Below, piece by piece: positions 9,210 through 18,614 of a DNA stretch of 64,000 bases. The DNA is from Patescibacteria group bacterium (GTDB taxonomy: Bacteria > Patescibacteriota > Patescibacteriia > 2-01-FULL-39-33): the NCBI GenBank assembly GCA_038065695.1, contig JBBTQN010000016.1, positions 11,738 through 75,737 of the forward strand. Reading direction: 5' to 3'. The position numbers and the translations under genes were made by a program. The notes under the pieces are model-generated. The model had not been told where the DNA came from. It ran no database searches and saw only the letters and a list, made by a program, of their open reading frames with translations. Numbering within the stretch: the first letter of the stretch is position 1; every line of letters begins with the position of its first letter.

Positions 9210-9757
9210 AAAACTAAATTATTACTCACTACTTCGTACCCTCTCTTCGCCGCTTCTATATTCTTTTTTCCCACTTCGCCCTCAAATTTTTTACTAATCG
9301 CCTTTTCTACCGCTTTGAAACTGACTAAACCCGACAAGCCGGCAAAAGCGCCGACTAAAACCGTGTTAAAAATCGGCTTGCCGATGGTTTCTGTCGCAAT
9401 GTCAGTGGCAGCAATCGTTTTAATGGCCACGCCGGGCGGCGCTTTGAATTCCACCGCCGATCTTTTGGTGTTTATTAAAACGATCGTCCCTTTTTTCGCG
9501 CCCTTGAAAATTTCTACGATGTTAATTAAAGATTCATCTTGAATAATAATATAATCCGGCTCATAAATTTGCGAGCGCAACCGGATAAATTTGTCGTCAA
9601 TCCTCACATACGCCTCCACCGGCGCGCCGCGCCGCTCCACGCCGAAATTAGGAAAGGCCTGCGAAAATTTGCCGTCATAAAAAATCGCTTCCGCCAGAAG
9701 CTCGGCCATCGTAACTGACCCTTGGCCGCCACGGCCATGAATACGGATTTCTATCAT
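9206..9757 (-). CDS. porC: Pyruvate:ferredoxin oxidoreductase gamma subunit
   Basis: MIEIRIHGRGGQG...AFPNFGVERRGAPV. Confidence 0.93.
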   Translation of the reverse strand: MIEIRIHGRGGQGSVTMAELLAEAIFYDGKFSQAFPNFGVERRGAPVEAYVRIDDKFIRLRSQIYEPDYIIIQDESLINIVEIFKGAKKGTIVLINTKRSAVEFKAPPGVAIKTIAATDIATETIGKPIFNTVLVGAFAGLSGLVSFKAVEKAISKKFEGEVGKKNIEAAKRGYEVVSNNLVL

Positions 9758-9761
9758 AAAA

Positions 9762-10517
9762 TTATTTCAATATTTCCAACGCCTTATTTATAATCTGCTC
9801 CCACTGCTCCTTGGTCACCACGCCTTCCAGCTTGTGGCCGTTGACGAAAAAAGTCGGCGTGCCTAAAACGCCCAAAATCGTCGCGTCGTTAAAATCCTCT
9901 TGGACCGCCGGCAGATATGTCCCCTTTTTAGCACAATCGTCGTATTTTGCCAAATCCAGTCCTGAACGCTTGGCGATGTCGCGCAAAATTTCATCGGTAA
10001 AACCTTGGCTCTGCCCCAAATACATCCGGTCGTGAACCGGCCAGAATTTACCTTGCTCATTAGCGCACAAAGCCGCCGCCGCGATGGTCGGCGAATTATT
10101 ATCAATGGCCGGATAATTCCGATAAATGAAAAAAATCTGTTTTTGGTAGCGGCTGATAATTTCCCTGATAATCGGAAATTCCTCGCCAGTATGCGGACAT
10201 TGGAAATCGCCGAATTGCACAATCACCAACTTGGCTTGAGGGTTGCCAAAAGCCGGTCGGCCGGTTTTTTCCACTAATTGGCGAACGGCGCTCTTAGTTC
10301 CGCTGACGGCAAAACTGTCCAAATCAGTTGAACGAACGGCGCTCTTTCCTCCGCTGACGGTAAAATTGTCCAAATTGGTTGAATTGGCGTTGGCATTCGC
10401 CTCACCGGAAATATTTTTATTTTTTGAAGAGTTAAAAACCGCGGCGGACATAAAGCCAGCCACAAATAGAATTAAAATCACGAATAAAATTAAAAAAAAT
10501 ATTAATAATTTTTTCAT
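9762..10517 (-). CDS. Membrane-anchored DsbA/thioredoxin-fold protein (CPHT active site)
   Basis: FGDFQCPHT, GVLGTPTFFVNG; N-terminal TM helix. Confidence 0.85.
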   Translation of the reverse strand: MKKLLIFFLILFVILILFVAGFMSAAVFNSSKNKNISGEANANANSTNLDNFTVSGGKSAVRSTDLDSFAVSGTKSAVRQLVEKTGRPAFGNPQAKLVIVQFGDFQCPHTGEEFPIIREIISRYQKQIFFIYRNYPAIDNNSPTIAAAALCANEQGKFWPVHDRMYLGQSQGFTDEILRDIAKRSGLDLAKYDDCAKKGTYLPAVQEDFNDATILGVLGTPTFFVNGHKLEGVVTKEQWEQIINKALEILK

Positions 10518-10623
10518 TCCAAAAAAATATTAAAATATTGAATATTCAATATTTAAACTTGAAGTAATAAATCAATAAGATTTATCTTTATTATACCATA
10601 GGTTTATTTTTATTCCAAACATA

Positions 10624-10652
10624 TTGACTTCTTAAACCAAGTGTGATATACT
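10624..10652 (+). promoter_or_regulatory. Sigma70 promoter of secG
   Basis: TTGACT-17 nt-TATACT with extended TG. Confidence 0.75.
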
Positions 10653-10699
10653 AAAAACAAGCTGAAAATCGTATTTTTTTTCTCATCTTCAAAAAATAA

Positions 10700-10909
10700 A
10701 TGACCTTCAATATCATCCAATTAATCTTAGCCACCGCCTTAATTGTTGTCATTATTTTACAAAATCGGGGTTCGGGACTGGGCGCGGCTTTCGGCGGGGA
10801 CAGCAATGTCTATCGCACCAAACGGGGAATGGAAAAATTCCTGTTTCGGGCAACCGTCGTCATCGCGATAATTTTTTTCGTCACCGCGTTTATCAATGTC
10901 TTATATTAA
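10700..10909 (+). CDS. secG: Preprotein translocase subunit SecG
   Basis: ILQNRGSGLGAAFGG..RTKRGMEK, two TM helices. Confidence 0.92.
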   Translation: MTFNIIQLILATALIVVIILQNRGSGLGAAFGGDSNVYRTKRGMEKFLFRATVVIAIIFFVTAFINVLY

Positions 10910-10939
10910 TCGTCTTTATATTAATCCGGTAAAAAAACC

Positions 10940-12772
10940 GTGAGTTTATTTTCATCTTGGGGAAAAAAGCTTTTTAGCGGCCTTTCCCAAACAAACAGAA
11001 AACTTAAACAGTTTGAAAGGCAACACCAGTTGGACAAACACCTGGTGCGTTCTTTAAATAAATCCAAATTCCTCTCTTTGAAGCAAATCAAATATTTTAC
11101 TCGCGTTCTTGACCGCCGAGAAAGCCGAAAAGTAAAATTGATTTCCGCCGTTGCCGCGATTGCCATCATCTCTCTTTTGGTAAAAATTTATTTTCTGACG
11201 ACCGTCGCCTTGCCGGCCTACGGCGGCGAGTATTCCGAAGGACTGATCGGCTCACCCCAATTCATCAACCCGATTTTAGCCCAAAGCAACGATGTGGATC
11301 TGGACATCTCCAGCTTGGTTTTCAGCGGGCTGATGCGGCAAGATAAAAACCGCCAGTTGACGCCGGACTTAGCCGACAGTTATGAAGTTTCCGACGACCA
11401 ATTGACTTATACCTTTCATCTGAAAAAAAACGTTAAATGGCACGACGGCGAACCGTTTAAAGCCGATGATGTAATTTTCACCGTCGCTTCCATCCAGGAC
11501 CCCGAATTTAAAAGTCCTTTGTCGCGAAGTTTCCGCGGCGTGGTCGCGGAAAAAATCGACGACTTCACGGTTAAATTCACTCTAAAAGAACCGTTCGCGC
11601 CTTTTTTAGGGCTTTTGACCTTTGGTATTTTGCCCGAACATTTATGGTATAATATCCCGGCCGCCAACGCCGATCTGACCGAGCTCAATAAACGGCCGAT
11701 TGGCACCGGCTCTTGGCAGTTTGAAAATCTAAAAAAAGACAAAGACGGCAATATCCGTTCCTATGCTTTAGTAAAAAATAAAGATTTTTACGGCGAGAAG
11801 CCGTATCTTAATGGAATTACTTTTAAATTTTTTGGCGATTTTCCGTCACTAGTGGAAGCAATAAAGAACAAGGATGTTTACGGCCTTTCTTATCTGCCGC
11901 GCGAATATCGCGAACAACTCAAAAAATACAAAAACATCAATTTTAATAATCTGAACCAACCCCAATACACGGCCATCTTTTTCAACCAGACCAAAAACGA
12001 CCTGCTTAAAGCCGACTATATCAGGCAGGCGCTCGCTCTCTCGGTTGACAAGCAAAAAATTCTTGACGACGTTTTCAAGTCGACCGGCAGAATTATCGAT
12101 TCTCCGACATTGCCGGGCATTGAAGATAATCCGGATATTAAAAAATATTCCTATGACCCGCAAGCGGCCAGCGCGCTCTTGGAAAAAAATGGCTGGGCAA
12201 TAATGAGCACCACGACCGAAGAAAGAGTCACTAAAAATATCAGACAAAAGAAAAATTTTCTTCTTACGATTACCTTGACGACCGTGGACCAACCGGAATA
12301 TGTCAAAACCGCCGAGCTGATCAAAAGCTTTTGGGAACAAATCGGCGTGGAGACAAAATTGAACATCGTTGACAAAGAAAAAATTCTGCCAGAAACAATC
12401 AAGCCGAGAGAATACGAGATTTTGATTTTTGGCGAAAATCTGGGCTCCGATCCGGACCCGTTCGCTTTCTGGCATTCGTCCCAAAACGAATATCCCGGTT
12501 TGAATCTGGCGATTTTTTCCGACAAAAAAGTGGATAAACTCTTGGAAGACGCGAGAAAAACCAACAATTGGGAAACTCGGAAAAAAAATTATCTGGAATT
12601 CCAAAAAATCGTCGCTGCCGAACTGCCGGCGATTTTCCTTTATAACCCGACTTACACTTACCCTCAAAACAAAGCCATCGGTGGCTTTGATTTGATCAGC
12701 ATCTCAGCGCCCGCTGACCGATTCGCCAATATAAACGAATGGTACATTAAAACAAAACGGGCGTGGAAATAA
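10940..12772 (+). CDS. Peptide ABC transporter substrate-binding protein (family 5)
   Basis: YTFHLKKNVKWHDGEPFKADDVIFT, PIGTG, PDPFAFWHSSQ. Confidence 0.9.
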   Translation: MSLFSSWGKKLFSGLSQTNRKLKQFERQHQLDKHLVRSLNKSKFLSLKQIKYFTRVLDRRESRKVKLISAVAAIAIISLLVKIYFLTTVALPAYGGEYSEGLIGSPQFINPILAQSNDVDLDISSLVFSGLMRQDKNRQLTPDLADSYEVSDDQLTYTFHLKKNVKWHDGEPFKADDVIFTVASIQDPEFKSPLSRSFRGVVAEKIDDFTVKFTLKEPFAPFLGLLTFGILPEHLWYNIPAANADLTELNKRPIGTGSWQFENLKKDKDGNIRSYALVKNKDFYGEKPYLNGITFKFFGDFPSLVEAIKNKDVYGLSYLPREYREQLKKYKNINFNNLNQPQYTAIFFNQTKNDLLKADYIRQALALSVDKQKILDDVFKSTGRIIDSPTLPGIEDNPDIKKYSYDPQAASALLEKNGWAIMSTTTEERVTKNIRQKKNFLLTITLTTVDQPEYVKTAELIKSFWEQIGVETKLNIVDKEKILPETIKPREYEILIFGENLGSDPDPFAFWHSSQNEYPGLNLAIFSDKKVDKLLEDARKTNNWETRKKNYLEFQKIVAAELPAIFLYNPTYTYPQNKAIGGFDLISISAPADRFANINEWYIKTKRAWK

Positions 12773-12858
12773 CGAAGTCAAAAGTCTATAAAGTCTATAA
12801 AGTCAAAAGTTTAAAAATGACTTTGGACTTTAAGGACTTTCGACTTTAAGACTTCGTT
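12771..12858. repeat. Inverted tandem-repeat spacer, AAAGTCTAT family
   Basis: aacgaagtc aaaagtctat aaagtctat aaagtc aaaagt ... gactttg gactttaag gactttc gactttaa gacttcgtt. Confidence 0.85.
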
Positions 12859-12859
12859 C

Positions 12860-12944
12860 GCCGATGTGGCGGAATTTGGTAGACGCGCACGGTTCAGAGC
12901 CGTGTTCCCGCAAGGGAGTGAGAGTTCAAATCTCTCCATCGGCA
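12860..12944 (+). tRNA. tRNA-Leu(CAG)
   Basis: GCCGATG/CATCGGC acceptor stem, anticodon loop TTCAGAG, long variable arm, GTTCAAATC T-loop; CCA not encoded. Confidence 0.95.
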
Positions 12945-13014
12945 CAAAACCATCTCTCTTATGGGCGCTTATCCCATAACCCTTAATCAATTAATAAAAT
13001 CTAACCAAAATAAA

Positions 13015-14919
13015 ATGACACCAGAAAAGAACTTTCGTCCGGCAAGTTATGCCGGCCGAAGAAATTTTCGCTCAAGCGGAAAAAGCCGTTTTGACGCCTC
13101 TAAAAAAACGACTACTAACCGAAGCGACCATGGGCAAACCCCAAGCCGCCAATTTTTTCGCGGACAAAAACCAGCCGGACCGACTCAAGAAAAAAATAAA
13201 CAAAAATGGGTCGCAACGCCCCAAGTCGCCAAAAGAAGCAACGATAAAGGCGAGAGCCAAGTTTTAAAAATCATTCCGATCGGCGGCTGTGAAGAAGTCG
13301 GCCGCAATATGACTGTTTTTGAATACGGAAATGACATCGTCATCTTGGATATGGGCATCCAATTTCCGGAAGAAGACATGCCCGGCATTGATTATATTAT
13401 TCCCAACATCAACTACCTGAAAGGCAAGGAGAGAAATATCCGAGGCGTAATTTTCTCGCACGGACATCTGGACCATATCGGCGCCGCGCCAATTCTCTTG
13501 CCGAAATTGGGCAATCCGCCGGTCATCGGCCGCGACCTCACCCTCGCGATGATTAAAGAACGACTGGAAGATTATGAAAAAGGCAGCGCCAAAAAACTGA
13601 AGACCATTAATATTAGAAATATTAAAGAACGGATAAAATTGGGCGTTTTCCAAATCGGATTTTTCCAAATTGAGCATTCTATTATGGACGCAGTCGGCAT
13701 TATCCTTTTCACGCCGCGAGGCACCGTTATCCACCCAGGCGACTGGACCATGGAAAAAGACCAACGAGGCCGGCCGTTCTTGGACTACACTCACTTGAAT
13801 AAACTGCCGCGGCCGAAAATTTTGATGCTGGAAAGTTTGGGCGCGATTGATGTGAGAACCAGCGCCACTTCGGAGGAAATGAAAAAAAATATCGCAGGTC
13901 TTATCAGCGGCGCGCCGGGGCGAGTAATTATCGGGACTTTCTCTTCTCAAATTGAAAGAATCAGTTGGATTATTGACACCGCCGAAAAACTCGGCAAAAA
14001 AATCGCTTTGGACGGCTACAGCATGAAGATGAACGTGGAAATCGCCAAAAAACTGGGCTACATCAAATATCGAAAAGACGCGGTGATTAAAATCGACCAA
14101 ACCGATGATTATCCCGATAATAAAATCGTCATTTTGTGCACGGGCGCCCAAGGCGAAGGCAACGCGGTCCTCTCGCGCATTATTGAAGGCGACCATCGGA
14201 ATATAAAACTAAAAAAATCAGACACCGTCATTTTGTCTTCTTCCATCATTCCGGGAAATGAGCGCACCATCCAGCGGCTTAAAGACAATCTTTACCGCCA
14301 ATGCGACAATGTCATCCACGGCAGCGTCATGGATATCCACGTTTCCGGCCACGGCAACAAGCAGGACATCATCCACATGCTCAAATCGGTGCGTCCTGAT
14401 TATTTCATCCCCGTCTATGCCAACCACTATATGCTCAAAGAAGCGGAAAAACTCGCCCGAAATATCGGCTTTGACCCGCGGCGGATTTTCGTCCCCGACA
14501 ACGGCCAAGTAATTGAATTTGACCGGCGCGGCGGCCAGCTTACGACCAAAAAAGTGCCCGCCAGTTATGTCTTTGTCGACGGACTGGGAATTACCGACAG
14601 CAACAATGTGGTCCTTCGCGACCGGCAAATGATGGCGCAGGACGGCATGATCGTCATTATCGCGACGATTGATTCGCGAACCGGCCAGCTCATCCATAAT
14701 CCGGATTTAATTTCACGCGGCTTCGTCTACCTCAAAGAAAACAAGAAGTTGATTGAAATGACGAGGCAAAAAGTGAAAAAAATCCTTAAAGACACCGATT
14801 TAAGAACGGCGCCCGAGGATCAATATCTCAAAGATTCAATCAGAAACGAAATCGGCAAATTCTTGTACCAAAAAACCGAAAAGCGGCCGATGATCTTGCC
14901 GGTCATCATCGAAGTATAA
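13015..14919 (+). CDS. rnj: Ribonuclease J with basic disordered N-terminal extension
   Basis: IPIGGCEEVGRNM, SHGHLDHIG, HVSGHG, KRPMILPVIIEV. Start codon is uncertain (13015 preferred). Confidence 0.95.
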   Translation: MTPEKNFRPASYAGRRNFRSSGKSRFDASKKTTTNRSDHGQTPSRQFFRGQKPAGPTQEKNKQKWVATPQVAKRSNDKGESQVLKIIPIGGCEEVGRNMTVFEYGNDIVILDMGIQFPEEDMPGIDYIIPNINYLKGKERNIRGVIFSHGHLDHIGAAPILLPKLGNPPVIGRDLTLAMIKERLEDYEKGSAKKLKTINIRNIKERIKLGVFQIGFFQIEHSIMDAVGIILFTPRGTVIHPGDWTMEKDQRGRPFLDYTHLNKLPRPKILMLESLGAIDVRTSATSEEMKKNIAGLISGAPGRVIIGTFSSQIERISWIIDTAEKLGKKIALDGYSMKMNVEIAKKLGYIKYRKDAVIKIDQTDDYPDNKIVILCTGAQGEGNAVLSRIIEGDHRNIKLKKSDTVILSSSIIPGNERTIQRLKDNLYRQCDNVIHGSVMDIHVSGHGNKQDIIHMLKSVRPDYFIPVYANHYMLKEAEKLARNIGFDPRRIFVPDNGQVIEFDRRGGQLTTKKVPASYVFVDGLGITDSNNVVLRDRQMMAQDGMIVIIATIDSRTGQLIHNPDLISRGFVYLKENKKLIEMTRQKVKKILKDTDLRTAPEDQYLKDSIRNEIGKFLYQKTEKRPMILPVIIEV

Positions 14920-14945
14920 TAATCCGTCATAAAATTTAAACTAAT

Positions 14946-14985
14946 AAAAATCGTCCCCCACCTTTAAAGGTGGGGGACGATTTTT
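14946..14985. terminator. Bidirectional intrinsic terminator
   Basis: Perfect palindrome AAAAATCGTCCCCCACCTTTAAAGGTGGGGGACGATTTTT between convergent genes. Confidence 0.9.
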
Positions 14986-14996
14986 TAAGGTTAAGA

Positions 14997-16034
14997 TTAC
15001 GGCTGTAAAATATCTTCCGTCCGGCCATTAATGGAAATAATCACCTTTTTGACGGTGGAAAATTGTTTCAGGGTCTGGATGATTTGGGCGCTGATCGCCG
15101 CCACGCGGCAAGAACCGCCGACTTGATACTCTAATTGCTCGTCAAAATCCGCTTTAGCCGTGCCACTCACAATCGTCACCTTTTGCAGTTTGACTCCCGG
15201 ATTAATATTCGTCTCATAACCGGCTTGCGCTTCGTCCTGGGTCAATTCGCCGGCTAAAAGAAGTTCTAAAGCGGCTTTGGCCGGCGTTTCGGTCTTAGCT
15301 ACAACCCGGTCAACCGGAAAAACTTTATTGCAAGTCATCGCCGGATCTAATTTGGTGTTATTAAAATAGATTTTTAATTTAGTCGTGTCGCCCAAGTTCA
15401 ATTTTAGCGGAACGGAAATTTTATCCGTATCCGAACCGTCCTTGGCCGAGGCCTGATAAACTTCCAAAACCACATCCGTGCTGGTCGGCGTCTTGGTTAG
15501 ATAATTTATTTCTTTGGTAAAAGCGCCGAACTGGCCCAGGTCCGGGCTTTGCGCCATCGCCGTGGAAGAAAATAAAACATCGCCGTTTCCGTCTTTCAAC
15601 CTGAAACTGACCACGCTCTCAAATACCCGGGCGATACCCTCCACTTTGAACGGCAAATTTACTTCACCGCCCGCGAAGGGATAAAAAACTGAAATGTTCT
15701 TGCCCGGCTGGCATTCATTCCTGAAATATGACCACTCTTCGCAAGCGCTGCCGTCGGAAAAAAAGCAAACGCCGTACTCGCCGCCATTGGGGTTGGTTTT
15801 AATCGTTGAATTTCCGCCTTGTTTCAAGCAAAAAGCCGAAGCAGGATTGGCGATGGCGGTGTTGCCGCAACCGGTGATAGGCATCGGCGAGACCGGGTTG
15901 CCGTGTTTGACCCATTCGCCGTTTTGGCAAAGCCAAGTGTCTTCCTCGCCGCGCAAAAAGACGAGACCGACGATGACCGCTAAAATGATAATGACCATTG
16001 ACAGCCCTAAAATAATAACGGTTTTCTTGTCCAT
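14997..16034 (-). CDS. Membrane-anchored DUF333 + Gmad2 Ig-like + GerMN domain protein
   Basis: IANPASAFCLKQGG..CEEWSYFR; VEGIARVFE; GGSCRV..QIIQTLKQFSTVKKVIISING. Confidence 0.8.
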   Translation of the reverse strand: MDKKTVIILGLSMVIIILAVIVGLVFLRGEEDTWLCQNGEWVKHGNPVSPMPITGCGNTAIANPASAFCLKQGGNSTIKTNPNGGEYGVCFFSDGSACEEWSYFRNECQPGKNISVFYPFAGGEVNLPFKVEGIARVFESVVSFRLKDGNGDVLFSSTAMAQSPDLGQFGAFTKEINYLTKTPTSTDVVLEVYQASAKDGSDTDKISVPLKLNLGDTTKLKIYFNNTKLDPAMTCNKVFPVDRVVAKTETPAKAALELLLAGELTQDEAQAGYETNINPGVKLQKVTIVSGTAKADFDEQLEYQVGGSCRVAAISAQIIQTLKQFSTVKKVIISINGRTEDILQP

Positions 16035-16134
16035 ATTTTTTAAGATTTTTTATTCTTTATTTCCTTAATAAAATTTAAACACATTTTATTTGTAAATTAA
16101 AATTTCATATTGGAAAAATATTTCAAAAATTTTT

Positions 16135-16208
16135 TGGCAGGGGCGGAAGGTGATGCTCCCTCGTCTGAGGTTTTGGAGACCTCCGTTCTACTGTTGAACT
16201 ACGCCCCC
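16135..16208 (-). tRNA. tRNA-Trp(CCA)
   Basis: Cloverleaf with anticodon loop CTCCAAA, CCA end encoded; atypical T-loop AGCATCA. Confidence 0.88.
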
Positions 16209-16238
16209 ATATATGGCCTAGGCCATATATTTCTTTAA

Positions 16239-16394
16239 TTATTTCGTTTCCTTGTGCGCCGTGTGCTTGCGGCAATGTTTGCAATATTTTTTCATTTCCA
16301 ATCGGTTCTTTAAAATCTTTTTATTTTTGCGGGAAAAATAATTGATTTTTTTGCAAACCGCGCACTCCATTTTGATTAAGTTTTCTTGGGACAT
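16239..16394 (-). CDS. rpmG: 50S ribosomal protein L33 (Zn-binding type)
   Basis: MSQENLIKMECAVCKKINYFSRKNKK..KKYCKHCRKHTAHKETK. Start moved to 16394 because the longer ORF overlaps a tRNA. Confidence 0.95.
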   Translation of the reverse strand: MSQENLIKMECAVCKKINYFSRKNKKILKNRLEMKKYCKHCRKHTAHKETK

Positions 16395-16418
16395 AAATAT
16401 TTTATTAATTATTCTGCA

Positions 16419-16490
16419 AGCCGACCGTCGGGATCGAACCGACAACCTACGGTTTACAAAACCGTTGCTCTACCATTGAGCTAGGTCGGC
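16419..16490 (-). tRNA. tRNA-Thr(TGT)
   Basis: GCCGACC acceptor, anticodon loop TTTGTAA, GTTCGATCC. Confidence 0.95.
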
Positions 16491-16543
16491 AAATTTAATG
16501 GTGCCTTCCGGGTTGACCCAATGCGCCGTTTTTCTTTTTAATA

Positions 16544-16625
16544 TGGGCCGGGAGGGATTCGAACCCCCGAAGGCATAGCCAAGAGATTTACAGTCTCCCC
16601 CAGTTGACCACTTTGGTACCGACCC
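16544..16625 (-). tRNA. tRNA-Tyr(GTA)
   Basis: Anticodon loop CTGTAAA, long variable arm, GTTCGAATCC. Confidence 0.95.
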
Positions 16626-16626
16626 A

Positions 16627-16702
16627 TGGAGCCGTTGCGCGGATTTGAACCGCGGACCTACTCCTTACCATGGAGTTGCTCTACCAGCTGAGCTACAACG
16701 GC
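16627..16702 (-). tRNA. tRNA-Thr(GGT)
   Basis: GCCGTTG acceptor, anticodon loop ATGGTAA, CCA encoded. Confidence 0.95.
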
Positions 16703-16732
16703 AAAATATTTTTATTTTTAAATCCAAGTTCC

Positions 16733-16862
16733 TGGAGTTGCTCTTCCAGGGTGGCGACAAAAGCTACGCTCGCTCGCTTTTGTCGGCGTCTCGCCTGCGC
16801 CCTTCGGGCTTGGCTCACTGCCACCCGTCGCCCTTCGGGCGACCCAGCTGAGCTACAACGGC
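16733..16862 (-). pseudogene. Duplicated 5' half of tRNA-Thr(GGT) interrupted by a ~95-nt structured insertion in the D-loop
   Basis: GCCGTTGTAGCTCAGCTGG-[insert 16749-16843]-TGGAAGAGCAACTCCA matches the 5' half of the tRNA at 16627-16702. Confidence 0.85.
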
Positions 16863-16890
16863 AAAAATACACCTCCCTATTCTATCATAT

Positions 16891-17739
16891 TTACTTCATT
16901 TTTTCAATCGCTTCTTTGAACTCGGCCAATTTCCCATTCTTGGGATTGATTTGTTTCAGTCGGTTAAAACTGCGCCTGGCCAAACCCTTATCGCCCGCCC
17001 TCACGCCCAACTCCGTCAGTTTATCCAAATACTTTGGATTATTCGGCTCGACCGAAGATGCTTTAAGATAAGCGTCCAGCGCCTTGTCCGGCTTCCCCGT
17101 CACCTCATAAATTTGGCCTAAATCATCATAATAAGCCACCACTTTCGGATCCACTTCAAACGAACTTAAAAAATCGGTTTCCGCTTCTTCTAAACGCCCG
17201 TTCTTCAAATGCGCGGCATCATCGCTTTTTACCGTTCGCAGCTTAATCAAATATTTAAAAACTTCTTCCGCCTGGTCGTAATTTTTATTTTTAAAATATA
17301 ATTCACCTAAACTTTCGTACGCCTCAACATTTTTTTTGTCCTTGGCGATTACCTCAATAAGCTTTTTTTCCGCCGTACTGAAATCGTCTTCCTTAATTAA
17401 ATCATCCGCTTCTTTTAATATTTCCACCGGCTCTTTTTCTTCCGTTGCTTCACCTTGATATCTTTTTTCCAATTTGGAAACTTTTTCCTTAATTTCTTTA
17501 ATCTTGCCGGCAAAAAAATCCTTTTGCCGTTTGGAAGCATTTCTTATTTTTTCTCTCGCCTTGGCGCTGCTTCTCAAAAACTTGGCGTGAAGGATCTTCG
17601 TCCTGACTTCCCCCTGTTTTTCTCCGCTAATCGAGCTGATATCCAAACTTTTCAAATCAGGCAAGTGTTTGAAAAAAATATAGCCGAGATAGGCTAAACA
17701 AAAAACAATGACGATAATTATTAAAACCAACAAAATCAT
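16891..17739 (-). CDS. Membrane-anchored tetratricopeptide repeat protein
   Basis: N-terminal TM; AYESLGELY..YDQAEEVF and YDDLGQIY..ALDAYLKA TPR motifs. Confidence 0.8.
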   Translation of the reverse strand: MILLVLIIIVIVFCLAYLGYIFFKHLPDLKSLDISSISGEKQGEVRTKILHAKFLRSSAKAREKIRNASKRQKDFFAGKIKEIKEKVSKLEKRYQGEATEEKEPVEILKEADDLIKEDDFSTAEKKLIEVIAKDKKNVEAYESLGELYFKNKNYDQAEEVFKYLIKLRTVKSDDAAHLKNGRLEEAETDFLSSFEVDPKVVAYYDDLGQIYEVTGKPDKALDAYLKASSVEPNNPKYLDKLTELGVRAGDKGLARRSFNRLKQINPKNGKLAEFKEAIEKMK

Positions 17740-18578
17740 GAAATTAAATTTATTTTTTGAAATACCGCTCTTTCCACTTCTTTTATTGCTCCGTTCATTA
17801 TTTCCCGCGGATCTATTTCCAACTTTTGCTCCTTTAGTCCTTGTCGCAGTGAGGAGACAAAAGCCAATCGTAAATCCGTGTCTAAATTAACGATATTTAT
17901 TCCCGCTTTTACCGCTCGCTTTAGGTCTTCGCTTTTCACGCCGGAAGCGCCATGAAGCACTAAGGGGATATTGGTTTCTTTCCTTATTTCTTTCAATCTT
18001 TTAAAATCAATATTCTCTCGGCCGACAAAACGGCCATGCTTGGTGCCGAGGGAAATTGCCAAAGCGTCAACCCCGGTTTGTCTGACGAATTCTTTGACTT
18101 GCTTCGGGTCGGTCAGACGCTCGCCGCTTTTTTTCAGTCCCTTTTCCATCCCTTCTTGGCCCGCCAAAGCGCCTAATTCCCCTTGCGCCCAGACGCCGAA
18201 GCGATGGCCATACAAAGCCGCTTTTTTAGTTAAGGCGATGTTTTTAGCTAAGGGAAGTTCGGAACCGTCAAAATGGACCGAAGAAAAACCGGCTTTGACG
18301 CACTGAACTATGATATCAAAACTGCGGCCGTGGTCAAGGTGGAGGGCGACCGGTATTTGTCCAGTCTCGCTTTCCGCCACTGATTTGACGATGGCAATAA
18401 TGTTTTTCAACCCCGCGTATTTTATCGTCTTTTCCGACACCTGGATGATTACCGGCCGTCGGCTTTTCTTGACCGCCCGGGCAATCGCCAAAGTCGTCTC
18501 TAAATTGAAAGTGTTAAAAGCGCCGACGGCGGAATTTTTTTTCACTTGCCTGATAACACTTTTAATGTGGGTGAGCAT
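17736..18578 (-). CDS. fba: Class II fructose-bisphosphate aldolase
   Basis: AVGAFN, VALHLDHG, FDGS, GTKHG, PLVLHGASG. Confidence 0.92.
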   Translation of the reverse strand: MLTHIKSVIRQVKKNSAVGAFNTFNLETTLAIARAVKKSRRPVIIQVSEKTIKYAGLKNIIAIVKSVAESETGQIPVALHLDHGRSFDIIVQCVKAGFSSVHFDGSELPLAKNIALTKKAALYGHRFGVWAQGELGALAGQEGMEKGLKKSGERLTDPKQVKEFVRQTGVDALAISLGTKHGRFVGRENIDFKRLKEIRKETNIPLVLHGASGVKSEDLKRAVKAGINIVNLDTDLRLAFVSSLRQGLKEQKLEIDPREIMNGAIKEVERAVFQKINLIS

Positions 18579-18614
18579 AAGATTAAAAAATTAAGAAAAT
18601 AAGAAAATAAAAAA

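Noticed and set aside
16497-16532. Small hairpin between tRNA-Thr(TGT) and tRNA-Tyr as a tRNA remnant
   Set aside because: Too short, with no recognisable tRNA arms.
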